From Clostridia bacterium (GTDB taxonomy: Bacteria; Bacillota; Clostridia; Oscillospirales; CAG-382), in NCBI GenBank assembly GCA_017397805.1, contig JAFQHW010000010.1, positions 2,069-66,068 of the forward strand: a stretch of 64,000 nucleotides of DNA, given 5' to 3'. Positions 47,218-55,854 of the stretch are shown piece by piece. Every line of letters begins with the position of its first letter. Position 1 is the first letter of the stretch. The position numbers were made by a program, and so were the translations under genes. Below the pieces are notes generated by a model. It was not told the DNA's origin. It did no database searches and was given only the letters and a program-made list of their open reading frames with translations.

Positions 47218-47904
47218 ATGACAAGGATACTTATTATTGATAACGATGCCGAGATATGTTCTTTGCTTCGTGAATATTTGGAAAATGAAGGATACGAGGT
47301 TAATATAGCCTTGGACGGTGTTGAGGGTGTTGCCGCCTTCCGTTCTTCTTCCCCCGATCTCGTTTTGCTTGAGATTGCTTTGCCCAAGAAAGACGGTTGG
47401 CAGGTTTGCCGTGAGATAAGGGAGCATTCCTCCAGGCCTATTATATTTATCAGCTCTAAAAGCGACGTTATTGAGAAGGTGTTGGCTTTCGACTTGGGTG
47501 CCGACGACTATATAGTTAAACCCCTTGATATGCAGGAGGTTTTTGCGCGAATCAAGGCGGTGCTCAGGCGTTATACCAAGCACGAGGTCAGTGACGGCGA
47601 GATGGTTAAGTTCGATAATATCGAGATCTCTTTACAGCGTTACGAGCTTCGTATTAAAAACAAACCCATCAGCCTGCCGCCCAAGGAGTTGGAGCTTTTG
47701 TACTTCTTGGCTTCCAACTACAACAGGGTGTTCACCCGCGACCAGCTTTTGGACAAGGTGTGGAGCTTTGATTATTTGGGTGACAGCCGTACCGTGGACG
47801 TGCATATCAAAAGACTGCGTGAAAAGCTGGACGGCGCCAGCGATAAATGGGCGTTAAAGACCGTTTGGGGCGTTGGCTATAAGTTTGAACTTGTTGAAGA
47901 CTAA
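47218..47904 (+). CDS. OmpR/PhoB-family response regulator (no cognate kinase gene adjacent)
   Basis: MTRILIIDNDAE...DLVLLEIALP receiver domain plus a winged-helix output domain (RTVDVHIKRLREKL...VWGVGYKF). An alternative start is 47206. Confidence 0.9.
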   Translation: MTRILIIDNDAEICSLLREYLENEGYEVNIALDGVEGVAAFRSSSPDLVLLEIALPKKDGWQVCREIREHSSRPIIFISSKSDVIEKVLAFDLGADDYIVKPLDMQEVFARIKAVLRRYTKHEVSDGEMVKFDNIEISLQRYELRIKNKPISLPPKELELLYFLASNYNRVFTRDQLLDKVWSFDYLGDSRTVDVHIKRLREKLDGASDKWALKTVWGVGYKFELVED

Positions 47905-47906
47905 AC

Positions 47907-47952
47907 AAAAATCACCCCGCGGAGCGATAGGCTTCGCGGGGTGATTTTTTTT
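47907..47952. terminator. Bidirectional rho-independent terminator
   Basis: A5, stem ATCACCCCGCG/CGCGGGGTGAT, then T9. Lies between convergent genes. Confidence 0.85.
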
Positions 47953-47976
47953 ATTTATAATTTTTCATTTTCAATT

Positions 47977-49428
47977 CTACTCTCCACGGCCGGCGGCAAT
48001 ATACTTACGTATAAGCCTATATATAAACAAAGCAAGGCTTATAAGCAGATAAACGCCGAACAAAACTATGGCAACCGTATATATCTTCTTCATAAACTCG
48101 CTGTTAAGCAAGTTTTTCGTCTTGTCCAGCAGGGAAAGTGCTGCACTTTCGCTTACGGAATCGTTGGCAACAAGGTCGGTTTTAAGCACCTGACCGTTAT
48201 AATACACCGTTGCCACACCCACCTTTTGCCCCTTGGCTATGGGTGCGGTCAGCTCCTCGGAATCCCAAGCGTACTCCACCTTGATGTCCGTATCGGGATT
48301 GATGCTTGAGGGAATAAGCAACTCTATATCCTCTTTGGGGATGATGCTTACCCTGTCGCTGTCCTTCCCCGATTTAACGGGGATGGTCTTAATAACGTTA
48401 AGGGTGCTTACCACCAATTTATAGCTGAAGGTATTAAGCGCCCAAGGCGTAAACTCTTTGATGGTATCGTAGCCGCTTTTTTTGGTGGCTTCCGTTTCCG
48501 TATATTTGGCTATACAAACGAAGATATAGCCTACACCCTCGTCCGTTTCACCTACGGAAACCACGCAATAAGGGCTAAGTCCCTTGGTGCCCATCCAGCC
48601 TACGATAATGCCCGTGGTTCCCTCTATATCCGTGTAACCCGACAAGTTATCGTTACTGCTTACCAAGGCGCTTTTGTTGAATAAGCGGTTGGAGCCGGTG
48701 CTGAGAGTGTAATAAGCCTGTTCGGCTATAAGCATCAGGTCTTCGCTGTTATAAAACGCTTCCGCTATTTTTGCTATATCCTCAGCAGTGGTTTTGGAAT
48801 TAACGTCGTGAGCACCGGTACAGTTGGTAAACACCGTATCCGTACAACCCAGCTCCGCGGCGCGGGCGTTCATAAGCTGTACGAACTCTTTTATAAGGGT
48901 ACGCTCGGAATATTTGCCCTCGTCGGGGTTATCGGTGTTGGCAGCAATCGCCCCGTCGTAGTTGTTGTAGTAGTCGGTCTGTATGCCCTTCTGATACCTT
49001 ACGGAGGCTACTGCCAAGGCAACGCAGGCATCGGAAGCGGAGCTTACCACCGCGGCGGTAACCAAATCCTTTACGGTTAAGGATTTTGCGCTTTTGCTGT
49101 AGGAAAGTCCCAAGGAGAAATCGTTAACTACCGCGCTTTCTATCTCAGTACCCTTTAAGCAAAGAGGTGCGGAAATTTTTATGTCCGCATTTTTCAATAT
49201 CTCGTAGGAGAGCATAGCCGTCATAAGCTTTGCGCCTACACCCGTGGCGGAATAGCTTGTGCTTTTGCCCGTGGGTGCATCTACGTATATCCCCGTGTTA
49301 AGGTTTTTTATTACCAGCACGTTGCTCGTCGTGGGTTGCGGAGTGCCCTCGTCAGCGGCAAAGGCTCCCAAAAAACTGCCGCAAAGGCACAAAACCGCCA
49401 TAAACACGGCAAATATCTTTTTTATCAT
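47977..49428 (-). CDS. PBP5/DacB-like D-alanyl-D-alanine carboxypeptidase homologue with apparently degenerate active-site motifs and a C-terminal TM anchor
   Basis: 483 aa. Signal peptide, S11-peptidase-like region and PBP5 C-terminal domain. VGAK sits where SxxK is expected, SAS where SxN is expected, and no clear KTG is present. Confidence 0.65.
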   Translation of the reverse strand: MIKKIFAVFMAVLCLCGSFLGAFAADEGTPQPTTSNVLVIKNLNTGIYVDAPTGKSTSYSATGVGAKLMTAMLSYEILKNADIKISAPLCLKGTEIESAVVNDFSLGLSYSKSAKSLTVKDLVTAAVVSSASDACVALAVASVRYQKGIQTDYYNNYDGAIAANTDNPDEGKYSERTLIKEFVQLMNARAAELGCTDTVFTNCTGAHDVNSKTTAEDIAKIAEAFYNSEDLMLIAEQAYYTLSTGSNRLFNKSALVSSNDNLSGYTDIEGTTGIIVGWMGTKGLSPYCVVSVGETDEGVGYIFVCIAKYTETEATKKSGYDTIKEFTPWALNTFSYKLVVSTLNVIKTIPVKSGKDSDRVSIIPKEDIELLIPSSINPDTDIKVEYAWDSEELTAPIAKGQKVGVATVYYNGQVLKTDLVANDSVSESAALSLLDKTKNLLNSEFMKKIYTVAIVLFGVYLLISLALFIYRLIRKYIAAGRGE

Positions 49429-50378
49429 AGCAATTTATCTCCTTCCGACTTATAAAACCCCTCGTCTCTCAGGGTGGCTTCCGCCGTGGCGGAATCCTTG
49501 GCGATCTGCGCCCTTAAAGCATCCAAGCTTTCAAACCGCTTCTCTCCTCTTAGGTGCTTGCACAGATATATCCGTACTTCCTTACCGTACAGATCACCGT
49601 CAAAATCAAAAATGTACGTTTCGCAAAGAGGGGCGCTTACCTCGCCTACCGTAGGCTTTACCCCTATGTTGGCAACACCGCCGTACAGCTTGCCCTCTAT
49701 CCCGCACAGTACCGCATACACACCGAAGGCGGGCATTGCCCTATCGGTGGGGAAAAGCTGGTTGATGGTGGGACTGCCCAATTTAGCACCCAGCCTTCTG
49801 CCGTGTACCACGGGCAGATTAAAGCTGTAGAGCCTGCCCAAAAGCCGCGCGGCACCTTCCATATCTCCTGCGGTTACCAAGGCGCGCAGTCTTGTGGAGC
49901 TTATAGGCTCACCGTCGGCGGTAAGCTTATCCGCTACCGTACAGCCTATGCCGCGTTCGCCAAGCAACGCCTTCATCAGCTCAGGGGTGCCGCTTCCGCC
50001 TTTTCCGAAGGCAAAATCGCATCCGCAAACCGCGTACCGCACGTTAAGCTTATCGATAAGCAAAGTGTTTATAAACTCTTGGGGCGACCAATCCTTTACG
50101 GTTTTAAAATCTATCGCCAAATATTTATCTATCCCCGTCAGCGCTATAAGCTTTTCTTTATCCTCCTGCCCCAACAGATACTTAAAGCTGTCTGAGGACA
50201 AAAGGCTTTGGGGGTGCTGGATAAAGGTTAGCACCAACGAAGGAAGCTTTAGCTCTCTTGCTTTTTCAACCGTCTGCTTCATCAAGGCGCTGTGCCCCAA
50301 ATGCACACCGTCAAAGTTGCCTATTGTCAGCACACAGCCGTCCGTTTGCGGCAAATTGTCAAAGCAAAGCTTTTCCAT
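49425..50378 (-). CDS. ribF: Bifunctional riboflavin kinase / FAD synthetase
   Basis: 317 aa. IGNFDGVHLGH. The kinase part has GRRLGAKLGSPTIN and the C-terminal E..F.FDGDLYG motif. Confidence 0.93.
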   Translation of the reverse strand: MEKLCFDNLPQTDGCVLTIGNFDGVHLGHSALMKQTVEKARELKLPSLVLTFIQHPQSLLSSDSFKYLLGQEDKEKLIALTGIDKYLAIDFKTVKDWSPQEFINTLLIDKLNVRYAVCGCDFAFGKGGSGTPELMKALLGERGIGCTVADKLTADGEPISSTRLRALVTAGDMEGAARLLGRLYSFNLPVVHGRRLGAKLGSPTINQLFPTDRAMPAFGVYAVLCGIEGKLYGGVANIGVKPTVGEVSAPLCETYIFDFDGDLYGKEVRIYLCKHLRGEKRFESLDALRAQIAKDSATAEATLRDEGFYKSEGDKLL

Positions 50379-50426
50379 ACGTCCTTACGCCTTTCGGGAA
50401 ATACTATACCACAATATCACACCTTA

Positions 50427-50455
50427 ATAATATAGTTTTTTATCCCTTTTGTCAA
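50427..50455 (-). promoter_or_regulatory. sigma-A type promoter of ribF
   Basis: On the minus strand: TTGACA, 17-nt spacer, TATTAT. Confidence 0.55.
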
Positions 50456-50475
50456 GAGATTTCCTTATTAAATAC

Positions 50476-50504
50476 TTGCATTTTAACAGGCAAAGGTATA
50501 TAAT
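50476..50504 (+). promoter_or_regulatory. sigma-A type promoter of the epimerase operon
   Basis: TTGCAT, 17-nt spacer, TATAAT. Confidence 0.6.
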
Positions 50505-50542
50505 AAAATGAATACTTATAAATCTTATACGGGAGAGTAGAT

Positions 50543-51616
50543 ATGAAAATAACGGCAGTAGAGCTGTTTGAGGAAAACATACCTCTTAAACAGCCGTTTA
50601 TAACCGCTAAAAGGCGCATTGACGTGATAAAAGACTACGTTTTAAGGCTTTCCACCGATGAGGGTGTTTACGGCTACGGCGCCTGCGCACCCACCCCCGT
50701 TATAACGGGAGATACGGTGGGCAGTATCAAGTGTGCAATAGACGATTTTTTGGCACCCCTTTTGATAGGACAGACCTTGTCGGCGGAGCTTCTTCCCCGC
50801 GTGCAGGACGTGCTTTTCCACAACAGCTCACCCAAGGCGGCTTGCGATATAGCCCTTTACGATCTGCTGGCTAAGGAGGCGGGCAAACCTCTGTTTGCCT
50901 ATTTGGGCGGCGAGCTTGAGAATAAGTGCGTGAAGACCGACGCAACCGTTTCCCTTTCCACGCCCGAAGCCATGATAAAAGAAACCAAGGACCACCTTGC
51001 GGCAGGCTTTTCGGTGCTGAAGGTAAAGCTGGGCGGCGAGCGTGCCGATGACGTTAAAAGGCTTGAAAGTCTTAAAACAGTCCTCAGCGACGATATAGTT
51101 TTGCGCCTTGATGCCAACCAAGGCTGGTCTGTAGAAGATGCGGTTTACGTATCTAAGGCGGCAGAGCAGATGGGACTTAATATTGAGCTTATCGAACAAC
51201 CCGTTCATTATACGGATCTTGAGGGCATGGTAGAGGTTACGAGGAAGTGTCCCTTCCGTATTCTGGCAGATGAAAGCGTGTTTGCACCCTCCGATGCGGC
51301 AAGGCTTATCCGTATGGGCGCGTGCGATATGATAAACATAAAGCTTATGAAGTGCGGCGGCATATACGAGGGACTTAAGATTCAGCGCCTTGCGGCTGAG
51401 AACGGTATTGAATGTATGTTAGGCTGTATGATGGAGGGCGGCGTAAGCGTTACCGCGGCGGCTCATTTCGGCGCGGCAGTAGGTATCAGTTGCTATGACC
51501 TTGACCCACCCTATTTGGTGCACAATATGCCGGGTGAGGGTACAACGGTCTTTGAAGGAGAAAATATATATTTAAACAAGGAGGGCTTAGGTCTTGGATA
51601 TTCAAAAGTTATTTAA
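50543..51616 (+). CDS. Dipeptide (L-Ala-D/L-Glu) epimerase, enolase superfamily
   Basis: 357 aa. Motifs KVKLG, RLDANQGW, IEQP, DES and KLMKCGG, typical of YkfB/YcjG-type epimerases. Confidence 0.85.
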   Translation: MKITAVELFEENIPLKQPFITAKRRIDVIKDYVLRLSTDEGVYGYGACAPTPVITGDTVGSIKCAIDDFLAPLLIGQTLSAELLPRVQDVLFHNSSPKAACDIALYDLLAKEAGKPLFAYLGGELENKCVKTDATVSLSTPEAMIKETKDHLAAGFSVLKVKLGGERADDVKRLESLKTVLSDDIVLRLDANQGWSVEDAVYVSKAAEQMGLNIELIEQPVHYTDLEGMVEVTRKCPFRILADESVFAPSDAARLIRMGACDMINIKLMKCGGIYEGLKIQRLAAENGIECMLGCMMEGGVSVTAAAHFGAAVGISCYDLDPPYLVHNMPGEGTTVFEGENIYLNKEGLGLGYSKVI

Positions 51617-52325
51617 TGAACACAACAGCGTGCTCGTATGCCCCTTAGAGGAGGGCAGAGAGGTTATTCACAGCCATAATGCAGATAAGGCTTTTAAGAC
51701 TGCCAGCGTTATGAAAACTTTCGTGCTGGCTTATTATTTGCACACGGGTGCGGATATGGACCGCGTTATCACCCTGCCCAAAAAAAATCTTATAGGCACC
51801 AGCATAATGACCGAGCTTAGGATCAATACGGCTACGGTAAAAGAGCTTCTTATCTACATGATGAGCTTTAGTGATAACAGCGCCACCAACGCCCTTTTGG
51901 AAGACGCTACTTTTGAGGCGATAAACGATTTTTGCGTTAACGTTCTCGGTACCAAGCAGACCGTTATCGGCAGAAAAATGCTGGACTTTGCGGCAGTTGA
52001 AAGAGGCGAGGACAACCTTACCTGCCTTGAGGATTGCTTAAAGGCTATGCGCCTTGTTATAAGCTATCCCGAAGGCAGGGATATAATGAGTCGTCATAAG
52101 TGTACCGACCGCATAATGCGTTACGTTTTCACCAACGATATTGAATATTACGGCAAGGCAGGGGGAATCCCCTTCGTTGTTAACGATATAGGCGTGCTTC
52201 GCCTTCCCGGCGGGGAGTATATGTTTGCGGGCGTGCTTACCTATAAGGATAACGGCGACCGTGCAAGAAAGCTTTGCGGTATGGCGGGCCTTGCGGCTTT
52301 AGGCTTGGAAAGACCTATCGTTTAA
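51594..52325 (+). CDS. Class-A beta-lactamase-like serine hydrolase (no signal peptide)
   Basis: TTG start with an AAGGAGGG RBS 8 nt upstream. SxxK motif SVMK and the SDN motif (FSDNSATN). Confidence 0.7.
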   Translation: MDIQKLFNEHNSVLVCPLEEGREVIHSHNADKAFKTASVMKTFVLAYYLHTGADMDRVITLPKKNLIGTSIMTELRINTATVKELLIYMMSFSDNSATNALLEDATFEAINDFCVNVLGTKQTVIGRKMLDFAAVERGEDNLTCLEDCLKAMRLVISYPEGRDIMSRHKCTDRIMRYVFTNDIEYYGKAGGIPFVVNDIGVLRLPGGEYMFAGVLTYKDNGDRARKLCGMAGLAALGLERPIV

Positions 52326-53077
52326 CGGCAAATATCCGTAAGTTGACCGAAGCTGTAGCCTTCGGCTTTAAGCTCGGTTATCACCTCGTCCAGAATCGCA
52401 GCGTTAGTGGCGGAGTTGGGGTGAAGCAACATAATCTCGCCGTTGTGGGCAGTGGATAAAATTTTGTTTTTTGCGTATTCAAGGTCCGGTTGCTTTCCGT
52501 TATCCCAATCCGCATAGGCAAAGGACCAGAATACGGGCGTATATCCCAATTCACGGCAGAAGCATAGCATTTTTTCCGAGAAGGCGCCTTCGGGCGGACG
52601 GAAAAACTTGGTCATTTCCTTCCCCGTCTTTTCAAAAAACACCTTTTCAGCTTTTTCAAGCTCTTCTTTAAAGGCGCTAAGGTCACTGACTGCGCCCATA
52701 TTGCGGTGGCTGTAGCTGTGGTTACCTATAAGGTGTCCGTCGGCTATCATTCTTTCCACTGTGGGCAGGTTGTATTCCAAAATGGCGGGCAAAATAAAGA
52801 AGGTTGCGTTAACTTCGTGCTTTTTAAGGGTATCGAGGATACTGTCCACGTTTTCGTTACCGTAGCCTGCATCAAAGGTAAGGTATATTACCTTTTCATC
52901 GGGGTTGCCCATATAAAGGGCGCCGTATTCGTCGGGAAGGGCAGAGCCGTCCATGGGTACGGGTCTTCCGCCTTCCTTGGGGTATTTTATATACCAGTTC
53001 TGCACTCCGTCGGCGTTGACGGTGATGGGGCAGATAAATAAAGAAAATGCTAAAATCAAACATATTGTTTTTTTCAT
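52322..53077 (-). CDS. pdaA: Polysaccharide deacetylase, PdaA-like (delta-lactam-biosynthetic de-N-acetylase type)
   Basis: 251 aa. Signal peptide and motifs IYLTFDAGYGN, GNHSYSH, FRPPEG, VFWS.AYADW and LLHP. Collinear with B. subtilis PdaA by eye. Confidence 0.7.
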   Translation of the reverse strand: MKKTICLILAFSLFICPITVNADGVQNWYIKYPKEGGRPVPMDGSALPDEYGALYMGNPDEKVIYLTFDAGYGNENVDSILDTLKKHEVNATFFILPAILEYNLPTVERMIADGHLIGNHSYSHRNMGAVSDLSAFKEELEKAEKVFFEKTGKEMTKFFRPPEGAFSEKMLCFCRELGYTPVFWSFAYADWDNGKQPDLEYAKNKILSTAHNGEIMLLHPNSATNAAILDEVITELKAEGYSFGQLTDICR

Positions 53078-53175
53078 TATCGTTTTTACACTCCTGTTTA
53101 TAATTACTTATTTATTTTGATTTTTTTGTTTCCATATAAACTAAGAAAAATACGGAATTTTTTTGAGAGGGTATT

Positions 53176-53964
53176 ATGAAAGGTTATTTTAATACAGCGT
53201 TATGTCATTTTTATGCAGAGCCCGTGGAAAAAAGCGAGCATTCCGACGAGAGCTTTTACGGTCAGAGCTTCGAGCTTTTGGAGGACGCAGGTGAATTTTG
53301 CCTTATCAACTCCGAGTATAACTACAAGGGTTATTGCAAAAAAGAGGAGCTTTTCTTCGGTGAGTACAATCCCACCCACGTTATAACGAGCGGATTTGGC
53401 GATCTGCTTATAGAGCCTAAGAACTGCTATCTTGCCGCTTACTGTTTGCCCCGCGGCTCCAAAATAAAGGTGCTTGAGGAAGGCGGTACCGACCGCTATG
53501 CCGCAGTAGAGGCTATGGACGGCAAAACCTACTATATCCACCGTATGAACATTATGCCCATAGAGGAGCAAGAGCGCAAGAGAAGCGAAGAGGAGTTCAG
53601 AAAGTCCGTTATCGCCACCGCAAAGCTTTTTGAGGGCAGCGGCTATCGCTGGGGCGGTAAGACCGTTGGCGGTATCGACTGCAGCGGACTTGCTTTTATG
53701 GCGTATTATATGAACGGCGTTGTAATTCACAGAGATGCCAACGTAGAGCTTTCTCCTTGCCTCAGAACCATAAGCCTTGAGGAGGCAAAGGCGGGGGATT
53801 TGCTTTTCTTCCCCGGTCATGTGGCAATATATATAGGCGAAGGGCTTTATATCCATTCCACCACCTCCTTGGGCGGTGTCGGTTATAACAGCTTCAACCC
53901 CTACAGTCCCATTTACCGTCCTCAGCTAAAGGAATCGCTGGAATCGGTAGCAACTATTTTTTAA
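53176..53964 (+). CDS. NlpC/P60 (C40) peptidase with N-terminal SH3b-like domains (YkfC-like gamma-D-Glu-diamino acid endopeptidase)
   Basis: 262 aa. Catalytic GGIDCSGLAF and PGHVAIYIG...H. Confidence 0.8.
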   Translation: MKGYFNTALCHFYAEPVEKSEHSDESFYGQSFELLEDAGEFCLINSEYNYKGYCKKEELFFGEYNPTHVITSGFGDLLIEPKNCYLAAYCLPRGSKIKVLEEGGTDRYAAVEAMDGKTYYIHRMNIMPIEEQERKRSEEEFRKSVIATAKLFEGSGYRWGGKTVGGIDCSGLAFMAYYMNGVVIHRDANVELSPCLRTISLEEAKAGDLLFFPGHVAIYIGEGLYIHSTTSLGGVGYNSFNPYSPIYRPQLKESLESVATIF

Positions 53965-53980
53965 ATTTTAAGGACGTATT

Positions 53981-55390
53981 ATGTTAAAAGACGTTTTTGT
54001 TCCACAAGAGGATATAAAGGCGCAGTTTGAGGCGGCGCAAAGGGTAAAGGAAATTACGGGCGGCGGCAAAAAAGCGTATATAGCCACCTTCGGCTGTCAG
54101 CAAAACGAGGCGGACAGCGAGCGACTTATGGGTCTTTGCCGTTTGATGGGTTACGAGAAGACCTATATCCTTGAGGAAGCGGAGCTTATTATCTTTAACA
54201 CCTGCGCCATAAGAGAGCATGCGGAGCTGAAGGTGTTTTCAAAAGCGGGCGGACTGCGCAAGCTTAAGGAAAAGAACCGCCGTATCGTAACGGCTGTCTG
54301 CGGTTGTATGGCAGAGCAGTCCCATAGGCGGGAGAAGTTTTTGACAAGCTATCCCTATATCGATTTCATCTTCGGTACGGACAGGTTGCATATGCTTCCG
54401 CAAATGGTGGAGAATGCACTGAAAGGTAAAAAACTTAAGGTTTATATAAGCGGACTCAGCCACGATAAGTTCGGCGTTATCGCCGAGGGCTTGCCCGTAG
54501 TAAGGGAAAGCAACTATAAAGCGTGGGTTTCCGTTATGTACGGCTGTAACAACTTCTGCACCTATTGCGTGGTGCCCTACGTAAGGGGCAGAGAAAGAAG
54601 CCGCAGAAGCGCCGACGTGCTTGCCGAAGTGGAAGCTTTGGTAAAGGCGGGGTATAAGGACATAACCCTTTTGGGGCAAAACGTTAACTCTTATAAGGGT
54701 GAGTACAGCTTTCCGGAGCTGTTGCGCCGTGCCGCAAGCTTTGAGGGGGATTATTGGATAAGGTTTATGACCTCCCATCCCAAGGATGCCTCCAAGGAGC
54801 TTATAGACGTAATGGCGGAGAACCCTAAGATTGCACCCCATTTCCATCTGCCCATGCAGTCGGGCGATAACAGGATATTGGAGCTTATGAACCGCCGTTA
54901 TACCGTAGAGCAGTATATGGAAAAAGCGGCGTATATCAAGGAGAAAATTCCCCACGTGGCGCTGTCCTCGGATATTATCTGCGGTTATCCTACGGAAACG
55001 GAGGAGGAGTTTGAAAACACGGTAAAAGCCGTGGACAAGGTAGGCTTTGATATGCTTTTCACCTTCGTTTATTCCCCCCGTATAGGCACCCCCGCCGCAG
55101 AGATGGAGCAAGTGGAGCATAAAATCAAGACGGAGCGTTTTGCGCGGCTTTCCGCCTTGGAAAATCTGCGTGCAGAGGAGCTTAACTCCCGTTTTGCGGG
55201 ACAGACCGTAAAGGTGCTTTCCGACGGACTTCAGGACGGAATATACAAAGGCAGAACGGGACAGAATAAGATAATAAGCTTTACCTTACCCCAAGGCTTT
55301 GACGAGGAAAAAGCCGCGGCGGGCAAGTTTTTGCAGGTTAAGGTAACAAAAGCCGCCGCCTACACACTTGAGGGCGAGGCAACCGAATAA
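53981..55390 (+). CDS. miaB: tRNA-i6A37 methylthiotransferase MiaB
   Basis: 469 aa. N-terminal Cys triad, radical-SAM CNNFCTYC, and TRAM domain. Confidence 0.92.
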   Translation: MLKDVFVPQEDIKAQFEAAQRVKEITGGGKKAYIATFGCQQNEADSERLMGLCRLMGYEKTYILEEAELIIFNTCAIREHAELKVFSKAGGLRKLKEKNRRIVTAVCGCMAEQSHRREKFLTSYPYIDFIFGTDRLHMLPQMVENALKGKKLKVYISGLSHDKFGVIAEGLPVVRESNYKAWVSVMYGCNNFCTYCVVPYVRGRERSRRSADVLAEVEALVKAGYKDITLLGQNVNSYKGEYSFPELLRRAASFEGDYWIRFMTSHPKDASKELIDVMAENPKIAPHFHLPMQSGDNRILELMNRRYTVEQYMEKAAYIKEKIPHVALSSDIICGYPTETEEEFENTVKAVDKVGFDMLFTFVYSPRIGTPAAEMEQVEHKIKTERFARLSALENLRAEELNSRFAGQTVKVLSDGLQDGIYKGRTGQNKIISFTLPQGFDEEKAAAGKFLQVKVTKAAAYTLEGEATE

Positions 55391-55411
55391 TAAAGAGAGA
55401 AGGAAATTACT

Positions 55412-55804
55412 ATGGACAACTATTTGAAAACTTTACTTGATAATTTCGGCGAAGCTATTAAGGATAACGAGGCAGTGGTGGAATACACCAAGGCAAGAGA
55501 AGCTTATATGAAGGACGCGGATATTTCCTGCGCCGTAAGCGAGTACAACGTACAGCGTATGCTTTTGGAGGAACAGCAGTTGAACCCCGAAGCGGATGCA
55601 AACTTAATAGAAAGCATGGAACAGCGCGTTAACGAGCTTTACGAGAAGATCATAAACAGTGATACCATGAAGGCGTTGACGGTAGCCGAAAACAAGCTTA
55701 ACGCTTTGCTTGCGGAGATAAACAAGGTCATTATGTCCTATATCGTTCCCGAAAGCGAAGAAAATTGCGGCGGCGACTGCAGTCATTGCCACGGTTGCCA
55801 CTAA
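55412..55804 (+). CDS. YlbF/YmcA-family regulator with Cys/His-rich C-terminus
   Basis: 130 aa helical protein in the miaB-(ymcA)-mutS position. The tail is CGGDCSHCHGCH. Confidence 0.7.
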   Translation: MDNYLKTLLDNFGEAIKDNEAVVEYTKAREAYMKDADISCAVSEYNVQRMLLEEQQLNPEADANLIESMEQRVNELYEKIINSDTMKALTVAENKLNALLAEINKVIMSYIVPESEENCGGDCSHCHGCH

Positions 55805-55854
55805 AAACAGAGGATTCGTAAGTCACAAAGTCAAACTCCGCGGAGGTGTAAAAA

